64,000 bases of DNA from Octopus sinensis (taxonomy: Eukaryota): the NCBI RefSeq assembly GCF_006345805.1, contig NC_043015.1, positions 49,724,001 through 49,788,000 of the forward strand, given 5' to 3'. The position numbers and the translations under genes are program-made. Numbering within the stretch: the first letter of the stretch is position 1; each line of letters starts with the position of its first letter. The notes beneath the pieces were generated by a model. That model was not told the origin of the DNA and did no database searches. It saw nothing but the letters and a program-made list of their open reading frames with translations. Positions 12,948-23,863 of this stretch are shown one piece after another.

Positions 12948-13466
12948 ATATATACATATGTGTGTGTATATATATAATATAATAAATAAATAAAATATAT
13001 GCATATATACATACATATATGTACATACTTACATCTACATGTATATATACATGCATATATATATATATTTATTTATTATATTATATGACCGAACGCACGC
13101 GTTTATTTTCTCTATTTCTCTTCTCCAAGTAAGTTTTTTATTTAAATATATATATATAATATCTAATATATATATATATATATATGTGAGTATTTGTGTG
13201 TTGACCCCATAACTTTGATGTAAAGATCGCTGGTGTATTAAAACAGTAGAAACCCCAGTCTGTTACAAAAGCCAGACTCTCCAAGGAGTATCCCCACGCG
13301 TCTTCGCATCACACTCTCCAATTAACAACACACTATAACAATATCTGCTCGTCATTAACTGGAGTTGAATTTTTCTCCTCGCCTTCGCCACCCATCATGT
13401 CCCCTTAATTAAATTACTGACTCTCGTTTCTGTCATTTCGTTTCGCCTTTTTTCCTTTTTTTCATT

Positions 13467-13566
13467 NNNNNNNNNNNNNNNNNNNNNNNNNNNNNNNNNN
13501 NNNNNNNNNNNNNNNNNNNNNNNNNNNNNNNNNNNNNNNNNNNNNNNNNNNNNNNNNNNNNNNNNN
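13467..13566. other. Assembly gap (100 N)
   Basis: Run of N. Confidence 1.
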
Positions 13567-13887
13567 TCGTCTACTATAGCCTCGGGCTGACCAAAACCTT
13601 GTGAGTGGATTGGTAGACGGAAACTGAAAGAAGCCCGTCGTATATATGTATATATATATATGTATGTGCGTGTGTGTGTATGTTTGTGTTTCTGCGTTTG
13701 TCCCCCAACATCGCTTGACAACCGATGCTGGTGTGTTTACATCCCCGTAACTTAGCGGTTCGGCAAAAGAGACCGATAGAATAAGTACTAGGCTTACAAA
13801 GAATATGTCCTGGGGTCGATTTGCTCGACTAAAGGCAGTGCTCCTGCATGGCCACAGTCACATGACTGAAACAAGTAAAAGAGTAAA
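13567..13887 (+). mobile_element. SINE family A (head lost in gap)
   Basis: ctactatagcctcgggctgaccaaa...gactgaaacaagtaaaagagta. Confidence 0.85.
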
Positions 13888-14240
13888 GAGCAAAGAGTAT
13901 ACTAGTTTCGTCAAAGTAAGAAGTGCAACATCCATGAGTTTTGTTTCGTTTTTTCTTTCTTTTTTTTTCAGATCCTCGGAAACTTGCGGGAGGAACAGTC
14001 AAAGTTTTTCTCAGATTGGAGATCTGATGCTTGCTACTGAGCGTAATTTGCTAAAGACACCCGCGGACCATACAGCGGTGTGAAACAAGAAAAGAGATAG
14101 CATTTATGCTTTAAACGATGTCAATTTAACGTGGCTTTGAGTTAATGCATTGAAGTAAAACCAACGAAGTATGAGATAATATTAGTATAAAGTAATACAC
14201 TAGAGAGCTTCTAATAGAAATATGAAATAGTATTAATTAT

Positions 14241-14331
14241 GACAGTGTTAGACGGCAAATGGGCAGAGTCGTTACCACACCGGGCAAAATGTTTTGCGGC
14301 ATCACGTCCATCCTCCGTCGAAGTCGACTTT

Positions 14332-14371
<40 letters not shown>

Positions 14372-14442
14372 CACTACTACTACTGCTGCTGCTGCTGATG
14401 ATGATGATGATGAATGATGACGATGATGATGATGATGATGAT

Positions 14443-14486
<44 letters not shown>

Positions 14487-14525
14487 TTACTACTACTACT
14501 ACTGATGCTGCTGCTGTTACTACTA

Positions 14526-14561
<36 letters not shown>

Positions 14562-14583
14562 TTACTACTACTACTACTACTAC

Positions 14584-14615
<32 letters not shown>

Positions 14616-14745
14616 TCTTCCTTTTGGGATCGATAAAATAAGAACCAGTTGATCACTGTGGTCGATGTAATCGACTTATACCCCCACCCCTACCCCCATC
14701 CGCGCCCCCACGAAATTGTAGGTCTCGTGCCAAATTTTCGGACTA
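14241..14745 (+). mobile_element. Old SINE-B split by a ~285 bp compound triplet microsatellite
   Basis: Head gacggcaaatgggcagagtcgtta..gaagtcgactttc, then (cta/ctg/gat/taa)n 14334-14615, then cttttgggatcgataaa..tail 2; flanked by tagtattaatta duplication. Confidence 0.65.
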
Positions 14746-15354
14746 GTATTAATTAATACACTTGAGAGAGCTTCTAACACGGAAATATTAATATATACCA
14801 TACCTGATGGGTGATGTAGTTTTAACATTCACCGCTTTGCACAACGACGCTATGTAAACCTATACGAAAGTGGGGATTTACAACATATTAATGTGTTCTT
14901 AACACATCAAAGCCCGTATTTAACACAACAACGGCAGTATGATGCAAGATGGTGTTAACATCGTTTAAGCAACGTTATCACATTAGGACAACATTATCAA
15001 GGTGCAATATTGAGACAATGTTAGTGCATTTAGTGAAACTGAACATATCAAAGCGATGTTGACATATTAATATGCCATGATTATTACATCAAGACAATTT
15101 TAACATATTAAATCGATGTTCATACCGGCGGCCATGTTAACAAATTATTCTATAATGTTATACTTCATTTTTTTGTTGTTTTTTTTGTGTGTTGTGTTGT
15201 TTTGTTGTGTTGTTTTGTTTGCTGATTTAATTTCATTTTAGGCTTCGTATATTTTCTCCAACCTTCCCCCCCCCCCCATTATCTAAAAGAGTTTTTACAC
15301 TTCAGATATTTCACGTGATTTAAACCGTTTTTAGCCCCCCCCCCCTTTCAACAA

Positions 15355-15680
15355 CACCACCACCACTACCACCACCGCCACCTACCACCACCACAATCAC
15401 CACAACCACCACCACCACCACCACCACTACCACAACCACCATAACCACCACCACTACCACAACCACCACACACTACCACCAACCACCACCACACCACAAC
15501 AACAACAAACAACCACCACACAAACCAACCACACCACTACCACACCACAACCACCACCCACCACCACCACCACCACAACCACCACCACACAACCACCACA
15601 ACCACAACCACCACCACCACAGATCCACCACCAACAACCACCACCCACCTCACCAACACCACCCCACAACCACCACCTTC
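15355..15680. repeat. Degenerate (CCA/CAA)n tract
   Basis: Direct inspection. Confidence 0.9.
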
Positions 15681-15984
15681 ACCAACGCCGACAATACCAC
15701 CTGCGTCAGTCAACACATCATCGGTCGTCGACATCAACGCCGACGCCACCAACACCTCGACCGTCAGCAATGGTATCGACACCACCAACGCCAACACCTT
15801 CGCCAGCAATACCACCTGCGCTGTCAACACCTACACTGTCCTCACCGATTATGACGCAACATTCATATAACTCCCCAACACCGCCACCGTCATCATAACC
15901 GTCGACGCCACCACCATAACAACACTGGGAACGAAACCATCATCGTTGACGATTACCTCAATGAAGACAAATGACCTAGTAATT

Positions 15985-16016
<32 letters not shown>

Positions 16017-16051
16017 ACTACTGCTACTACTACTACTACTACTACTACTAC

Positions 16052-16087
<36 letters not shown>

Positions 16088-16104
16088 TAATAATAATGAT
16101 AATA

Positions 16105-16270
16105 ATCTTTTCTACTGGAAGCACAAGGCCTCAAATTTGGGGGAAAGGATTAAGTTGATTACATCGACCCCAGTACGCAACTGGTACTTAATTTATCAAC
16201 ACCGAAAGGATGAAAGGCAAAGTCGACCTCGGTAGAATTTGAACTCAGAACGTAAAGACGGACGAAATGC
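16105..16270 (-). mobile_element. SINE-B (tail type 2), head truncated
   Basis: Minus strand ends cccccaaatttgaggccttgtgcttccagtagaaaaga(tta)n. Confidence 0.8.
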
Positions 16271-16886
16271 GACGAGTTGGCAGAAACGTTAGCACGCCGG
16301 GCGAAATGCGTAGCCGTATTTCGTCTGCCGTTACGTTCTGAGTTCAAATTCCGCCGAGGTCGACTTTGCCTTTCATCCTTTCGGGGTCGATTACATAAGT
16401 ACCAGTTACGCACTGGAGTCGATGTAATCGACTTAATCCGAGTGTCTGTCCTTGTTTGTCCCCTCAGTGTTTAGCTCCTTGTGGGTAGTAAAGAAATAGG
16501 TATTTCGTCTGCCGTTACGTTCTGAGTTCAAATTCCGCCGAGGTCGACTTTGCCTTTCATCCTTTCGGGGTCAATTAAATTAAATGAGCACCAGTTACGC
16601 ACTGGGGTCGATGTAATCGACTTAATCCGAGTGTCTGTCCTTGTTTGTCTCCTCAGTGTTTAGCTCATTGTGGGTAGTAAAGAAATAGGTATTTCGTCTG
16701 CCGCTACGTTCTGAGTTCAAATTCCGCCGAGGTCGACTTTACCTTTCTTTCTTTCGGGGTCAATAAATTAAGTACCAGTTACGCACTGGGGTCGGTGTAA
16801 TCGACTTAATCCCTTTGTCTGTCCTTGTTTGTCCCCTCTGTGTTTAGCCCCTTGTGGGCAGTAAAGAAATAAGAAATAAAAATAAG
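16271..16886 (+). mobile_element. SINE-B tandem trimer
   Basis: Head gacgagttggcagaaacgttagc; two aagaaatag|gtatttcg junctions (~16500, ~16690). Confidence 0.9.
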
Positions 16887-17055
16887 AATCCAGTGTAGAA
16901 CTTTCACCGACTGCATTGCCCGACTGGGAGAGGGCTGTGAGCGTTTGCCAATACTCCAGTTTCCAAGCGCCCTTTTTCGGTCTACGCTTGATCCAGGGCT
17001 GTAGCTCCATCAACGAAACAAGCAGCAGAAAATCCTGTCTGACAAATCGCCCCCC
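16887..17055 (-). pseudogene. Internal ORF2 fragment of a Tx1-like LINE
   Basis: Translates FVRQDFLLLVSLMELQPWIKRRPKKGAWKLEYWQTLTALSQSGNAVGESSTL, homologous to FVRRDFPQLVSLTELQTWIKRRPRKGAWHLECRQALSALRQAGNAVGYSSAL at ~30090-30250. Confidence 0.9.
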
Positions 17056-17157
17056 ATTCTACCGGTAATTATTTGACTAAGAATTCAGTTTATCGATCCA
17101 CACGGGATTTGAACTCAGTGACGTAACTAAACACAGCAAGGCTTCTCTTTCCCTTTA

Positions 17158-17213
<56 letters not shown>

Positions 17214-17299
17214 ACTTCAAATTCTGCCAATTCCACTGTCACGACAACGGTACAACAACAATGACAATTACGACAACAGCAACAACAACAACAACAACA

Positions 17300-17332
<33 letters not shown>

Positions 17333-18170
17333 GCTACCAACAACAACAACGTCAGGGACAAAAGCAGCAGTAACACCACCACCACCACCACCACCACCAC
17401 TATTCTCTTACCTCGCTCTCAAATAAATAAAAATGAATATATAAACGAATTAGCATGAACAGTATTGATTTTTGAAGAGAATTTTTATTGTTCTTTTTTA
17501 TACTTTTTTCGCTTTTATTTTTTTGGTTTTTGTTACTTTTTAGTTTTTCCTTTTTTTTTTTTAGATTAGTGCACGCGATTCCCGGCAGTAAAAGAAAAGT
17601 AGACGTCGGTTGTTTTGAAGACAATTACATAAACTAAAGAAACCGTTTTCAGATATTGTCTTTGAAAAATGATCTAAATGATTTATTTCTTAAAATTGCA
17701 GACGACTGTGGAATCAATTTGAAAAAAAAAAAAAAATAACGAAAAAAAGACGCCATTTTTAGTTCGACTTTGTATAACAAGGACGTCCATTTTTGACAAT
17801 TTGTATGTTAAGAGGTGCGGGGAGAAAGAAAGATGACCTAAGTTCGTTCCCATTGGGTAAATAAAACGAAGGAGCAGACGATAACGTGAATAAATAATTT
17901 TTTCTTCTTTTAACGTTACAACACATTGGAAAGACAGAGAAAGATAGAGATCGAGATATAGATGGATAGATAGAGAGAAAAAGAGAGGGAGGGGGAAAGA
18001 GTCACACACACACAGCGAGAGATAAGGAGAGGGTGATGACACAAAATTCAAAATATTTTGAAGAATTTAAACAAAATCGAATAATTTTACCTTATTTTTG
18101 TTTTTATTTTTGCTTCTATTTGTTTCTTTTTTTCCTTATTTGTTTCTTTTCTTCTTTTTTCTGTTTATCA

Positions 18171-18209
<39 letters not shown>

Positions 18210-18344
18210 CTTTGGCAGCATTACAGTTCTTTGAATATTTCTTAATGGTGAGATTATCTGTGTTTGTTACTTGACAGCAGCAGGCTTGAAATAGAAATAA
18301 AGGAAACATGATAACCAAAAAAGAAAGAAAGGACACACATAAAA

Positions 18345-18915
18345 AAAACGAAGAAGAAGGAGAAGAAGAAGAAGAAGAAAAAGAAGAAGAAGGAGAAGAA
18401 GAAGAAGAAGAAGAGGAGGAGGAAGAAAAAGAAGAAGAAGAAGAAGAAGAAGAAGAAGAAGAGAGAAGAAGAAGAAGAAGAAAGAAGAAGAAGAGAAGAA
18501 GAAGAAGAAGAAGAAGAAGAAGAAAAAGAAGAAGAAGAAGAAGAAGTAGAAGAAGAAAAAGAAGAAGAAGAAGAAGAAGAAGACGAAGAAGAAGAAGACG
18601 AAGAAGAAGAAGAAATAGAAGAAGAAGAAGAAGAAGAAAGAAAAAGAAGAAGAAGAAGAAGAAGAAGAAGGAGAAGGAGAAATAGAAGAAATAGAAGAAG
18701 AAGAAGAAGAAGAAGAAGAAGAAAAAGAAGAAGAAAAAGAAGAAAAAGAAGAAGAAAAAGAAGAAGAAGAAGAAGAAGAAAAAGAAGAAGAAGAAGAAGA
18801 AGAAAAAGAAGAAGAAGAAGAAGAAGAAGAAGAAGAAGAAGAAGAAGAAGGAGAAGGAGAAATAGAAGAAATAGAAGAAGAGAAAGAAAAAGAAGAAATA
18901 GAAGAAGAAGAAGAA
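18345..18915. repeat. ~570 bp (GAA)n-based polypurine tract
   Basis: Direct inspection. Confidence 0.95.
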
Positions 18916-19226
18916 GTGAATGAAGGAAATGGTTTTCGTGGACAGTCGAAGAACAAAGAAACCGTTCAGTATGAAAGAACGAATCAGTGAGAAAGAAATG
19001 TTTAAGGGACGTTTTTTGTGTTTTTTCGCCTTTTGTTTTTGTCTATTTTCCTTTGTATTTTTTTTTTAAATTATTTTTTCTTTTATTTTCGGTAGAGAGT
19101 TGGTGGCAGACATTGTTCTTCCATGAATCGAAATGAAATTATCCCACATAGAATGAACGGGGGACCCTTATGGAAGTCGTTGAAAACATAGGTCGTTGCT
19201 TGAATCAGTTAAGGATAATTTCACCG

Positions 19227-19276
<50 letters not shown>

Positions 19277-19653
19277 GCCGTTGTTGGTTTGTCTCCTTTC
19301 AAATTAAGTTTAGATATAAGGAGAAAGAGATGAAACTTAGTACAGTTTCTTACATAAGCAAAAGGTCATAGGGTTTTAACGGATGTTTGAATATGATTGT
19401 GCGGCATTCGTGCCTTCATCAAAGCTTCCAACAGACAGCATTGATTATGCAAAACATGCTTCTTTCAACTAAAGGAGGCTGAAGGGTAACTTGTAATGTT
19501 TATGCCTTTTACCAATGATATTAGTAGTTTCTCTGAAGTGAAATAGTTACAATACGGAGCTAAAATCTGCTCACAGAATCAGCTTACTGAATCCATTTGT
19601 AGTAGAATCAGTACTTACTTACTTGTACTTGTGGCGACATTCACCCTGGGCGG

Positions 19654-19847
19654 CTGGCAGAAACGTTAGCACGCTGGGCGAAATGCGTAGCCGTATTTCG
19701 TCTGCCGTTAAGTTCTGAGTTCAAATCCCGCCGAGGTCGACTTTGCCTTTCATCCTTTCGGGGTCGATAAATTAAGTACCAGTTACGCACTGGGGTCGAT
19801 GTAATCGACTCAATCCGTTAGTCTGTCCTTGTGGGTAATAAAGAACA
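19654..19847 (+). mobile_element. SINE-B monomer with 18-bp TSD
   Basis: gacattcaccctgggcgg at 19636-19653 and 19848-19865. Confidence 0.9.
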
Positions 19848-20113
19848 GACATTCACCCTGGGCGGGTTGAGTCGGCTTCTTCCACCACCCTCGAGGCATC
19901 TCGAACCAAAGGTGGAAGAAGTTTCGTGGGAATATGTGGATTTCACAAGCGGTCCCCAACAATCCCGCATGTAGAGACATCCTCTTTGCCGCAGATTGTC
20001 CGCAGACCGCAGGGACAGAACGACGGAGGAGCCGCCGGTTGCCGAAACAGACACTCCGAGGATTTTCACCAGTTGTGAAAATGCCGAGTTGTGGCCCGAA
20101 TACCACTCGGTGT

Positions 20114-20231
20114 GAGACCAATCCGCCTTGGGTGGCCCTACCAGGAACCGAAGTTCCCGACGGCATAGCTCTGACACTACCCGTTGCCAGCGTCCCCACC
20201 ACGGTGAGGAGGGGATGGACTTTGGGGACGC
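20114..20231 (-). ncRNA. Putative HDV-like self-cleaving ribozyme at the 5' end of the retroposon
   Basis: P1 GCGUCCCCA/UGGGGACGC(U); P3-L3 CCCC-UCCUCACC-GUGG; GG-CAAC; P4 GGGU..ACCC with GGAAC-UUCG-GUUCC; GGCGGA with candidate catalytic C at 20125; P2 AGUCCA/UGGUCU. Manual fold only. Confidence 0.55.
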
Positions 20232-20682
20232 AGAATCAGTACACAGAAAATTGACTTCACAATTCCTCACATACGACAAGTTGCAGTGCCCTTGATACGG
20301 AACAATACTGAAGGGCACTCAATAAAGACTTCCAGAAGTATTTCGTAGAAATAAAGGATTTACAACGGAATATTTAAAATATTATATATTATTAATCCCA
20401 AACGACAATGGATTAAAGAATTGGTAATATCGGATAAACGATATATTGCAACGCTTTGTTATGGTAGCTTTGTGGTCTGAGATGAAATTCTGAACGCAGA
20501 GCTAAAAGAAATGCCACTTGACACCTCATCCGACACTCTGATGATTTCTTCGGTTCTGTATTCTAGAATAACAGTTTCAAATTTTGGCACAAGTTCGGGG
20601 AGGGGGGAGGTAGGAGTTAAGTCGATTACATCGACTCCCAGTGTTCAACTGGTCCTTATTTTAATTGAATGATAGTTTATAT

Positions 20683-20964
20683 ATTGACCCCCAGAAGAAA
20701 GGAGGCAAAGTTGCCTCATGTGAGAATTGAGCCCGGGACACAACAGGCTGGAATAAACATCGCGAGGCATATCGTCCTGCACGCTAATGGCTCTGCCAAT
20801 TCGTCTCCCATCATTTGAAAAATTGGACCCCAGAAGAAAGAAGGCAAAGTTGCCTTAAGTGAGAATTGAGCCCGGGACACAACAGGCTGGAATAAACATC
20901 GCGAGGCATATCGTCCACCACGCTAATGGCTCTGCCAATTCGTCTCCCATCATTTGAAAAATTG
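20683..20964. repeat. ~139 bp tandem duplication of a very old SINE-B head region
   Basis: gacccc(c)agaagaaag..gagcccgggacacaacaggctggaataaacatcgcgaggc..catcatttgaaaaattg occurs twice in direct tandem. Confidence 0.85.
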
Positions 20965-21439
20965 AGGATTGATGTCGATATAAGCGCTTCGAGAATCTGA
21001 GAATACCAAGACTAATCGGTGTGCCGGATTAAGTACCTGACAGTAGTTAGCATAACATTTCAAGTTCTGAGTTCAAATCACACTTGGGCTTGTTTTACGT
21101 CTCACAATTTTCCAGTTTCTATAGAATAAGTTGCAATCATACGCAGGGTTTAGTTTAATTGATTGAAGAACATCGGCTGTTTCTAAATGTATGACTCAGG
21201 GTCAACGTTTCAAGTCTATATTTACCTCCCTTGTTGATAATGCGATGTAAGAAGCTACTATCCCCAACTGCGACACAGATTCAATCATCTTAAACCTATT
21301 TCAGTTTCATTTACACCGCTTACATTCTTGGGCAGCTATAGACGGTCTTAGAACAATATGGAAGTCAACTCTGCCAGATAAATTGAAGAAACAGTTCTTC
21401 AGAGTAGTTGTTGAATCTGTGCTTGTATAGGGATCTCTG

Positions 21440-21970
21440 ACTTGCACTCTCACCAAGAGACTCAGGTGCATGCTGGACGGTGCCTACACCAGAATGTTAC
21501 GTGTAGTGCTCAACATCTCTTGGTGAGAGCACCCAACAAAACAACGGTTATATGGGAATGTACCAACTTTCTCATCAACCAACCAAGAGCGGAGATTGAG
21601 GTTTGCTGGCCAATGCTGCAGAAGTAAAGAAAAACTTGTGAGTAAAGAATAAAAAGTTTTGAATGGTACAACAATGCACTATAATACAGACAATGGGATC
21701 TATACCTGTTGTGATTTAGTCATCCATAGTCTGATATGATATTTCGGAATAATATTCCTTCTTCAGATATTCTTATATGGAGTCGCTGTGTTACTGTGGA
21801 CACCAAATCATGGTACCACAGCGGCTGGAAGACCATAGAGGATGTATATACAACAGCTTGCAGAATATGTTGGATGCCAAGTTGAAGACCCAAAAAACAC
21901 TAATGGAAGATCGGGAGGGATGGAGAGAGGTAGTCAGGCTGGATCGGGCAATCAGCTTGACTGGATGATG
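21440..21970 (+). pseudogene. Old RTE-clade LINE 3' coding remnant
   Basis: LTKRLRCMLDGAYTRMLRVVLNISW*EHPTKQRLYG..RRLRFAGQCCR and LLWTPNHG..GRP..LMEDREGWREVV, homologous to the 41895-42245 remnant. Confidence 0.8.
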
Positions 21971-22159
21971 CCTCGATAAAAGAAAACGTTCTTGAAAATA
22001 CGACAAACACAAACTTCCCAACTGTTCTCCCCTACTATAAAGGGGGTTCATGCCCATTTCAGGGTAAATTGCTATTACTTCTGTTCGTGAGGAATGTTGA
22101 AGCGCTGTGTCTTAATTCCCATTCACACAACTAATGAACATATAAAAGGCATAGATACA

Positions 22160-22730
22160 GCCATGGCTGTGTGGTTAAGAAGCTCATTTTGCAACAACCT
22201 GGTTACGGGTTCAGTTCCATTGCGGGGCACTGTGGGCAAGTGTCTTCTACTATAGCCCCGGACCGACCAATGAATTTGCTACGCCTTTGTTTGTTTTTCT
22301 CCAGTGCTTGACAACCGTTGTTGGTTTGTTTGCGTCCTTGTAATCTAGCGATTCGGCAAAGGTGTCGGTAGAATAAGTTCTTGACCTTAAGGCGGCGAGC
22401 TGGCAGAAACGTTTGCACGCCGGGCGAAATGCTTAGCATTATTTCGTTTGCCGTTACGTTCTGAGTTCAAATTCCGCCGAGGTAGACTTTGCCTTTCATC
22501 CTTTCGAGGTCGATAAATTAAGTACCACTTACGTACTGGGGTCGATGTAATCGACTTAATCTCTTTGTCTGTCCTTGTTTGTCCCCTCTATGTTTAACCC
22601 CTTGTGGACAATAAAGAAATAAGAATAAGTTCCTGACCTTTAAAAAAGAAACTATAAGAACTGGGTTCCGTTTGATCGACTAAAACCCTTTAAACGCGGT
22701 CGTAGTCCAATGATTGGAGCAAGCCAAAGA
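22160..22730 (+). mobile_element. Diverged SINE-A interrupted by a SINE-B
   Basis: Head ggctgtgtggttaagaagc..gggttcagttcc; tail resumes after 22640. Confidence 0.7.
22389..22621 (+). mobile_element. SINE-B monomer with 19-bp TSD
   Basis: agaataagttc(t/c)tgacctt at 22370-22388 and 22622-22640 (one mismatch). Confidence 0.9.
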
Positions 22731-23793
22731 TATGACATTTCGTCCAATTGTCACACGTAATACGTCATTATTTACATTGCTTCATGCTCGCAAAGGCGAG
22801 TGGTTTTCTCTGTAAACCTAGTTTAAAAGCATTCCGAAGAACAAACTAAACATAAAGCTATCATACCAGTGTTTGCACTTAATGTAAGACAGATTATGAT
22901 GACATGAAGATTAGCCAATTCCAAGAAATGCTTCGTTCAGAAATTAGCTTCATGTTGTCAAATTTACTTAATGAACCGAAATAGATTTCGTTTGACAAGA
23001 TTGAAGGCTCGTCTTTAATAAGAAAGTATTGCATAAGCCTTGAATATCGTTGAAATGTAAACGTCTGAAATGACGGGAAGTTTGACAGACGAAGAGACAG
23101 ATTGTTTTAATCTGTCTCTTTGCTTTGCGTCACGTCTGTAGGAAGGACTAAGCTCAAAGTGTGTCAGCTGCTCAATACTGAAAAGCTGTCTATTGGAGCG
23201 ACCGAGAGTTGCTGGGAAACACACACACATACACACACATGCATATATGTGTGTGTGTATTCTCTCTCTTGTTCTTTTACCTCCTCTTCTCCCACTATTC
23301 TATACTATTACTCTGTCACTCGCTCTCCCTCCCTCACTCCTCCTCCGTTGCTCATGCGGCTCCCACGTGTCCATCGGTCATCTTTCTTTCTCTCCGTTGT
23401 AACTGGACCAAGGAAGACGTGTTCTTGTTTGTCTCCTGTCATAGTTTCATTTACGCGTTCACCACAACAACCTCGTTTAGGCTTAGCAGCCCTTCCTGTT
23501 TGTTTTCACTATCCTGTTTGTGTTACCTATTTTGATCCTCCGCAAAATCCCAAATTTGATTTAATTTGCTTTGCGGGTGCAACTGTTTTATCGAACACGT
23601 ATATTGTTGTTAAATGCTCGAAATACGAGACTAGAAAAACAGCCAACAACTGATGAAGGATCGTTCTTTATGTTGTTTATTTTGTTTTCCATTTGTGTCT
23701 TTCGTTTTTCGAAAGAATAGTTCATGCTCCATGTACTCGTCCTTCGTACTTTTCTGTTGTACGCGTTTCGTGACGTCCTGTGCCCACATATGC

Positions 23794-23863
<70 letters not shown>

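Larger units (their letters stand above)
19615..20231 (-). mobile_element. ~400 nt non-autonomous RTE-like retroposon, interrupted by a SINE-B
   Basis: 11-bp TSD agaatcagtac at 19604-19614 and 20232-20242; 3' end (aagt)n; GC-rich; gagctatgccgtcggg..cctggtagggccacccaaggc resembles RTE-clade 5' UTRs (recalled); no RT coding remnant. Confidence 0.7.

Noticed and set aside
13395-13721. ORF spanning X residues
   Set aside because: It is an artefact of the 100-N gap.
15660-15965. Thr-rich mucin-like reading frame
   Set aside because: It grades into (CCA)n and (CTA)n repeats, has in-frame stops and no clear splice boundaries.
19810-20318. GC-rich ORFs 19810-20202, 19818-20318 and 19934-20254 as proteins
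   Set aside because: No domain motifs; better explained as a structured non-coding retroposon bounded by a TSD.
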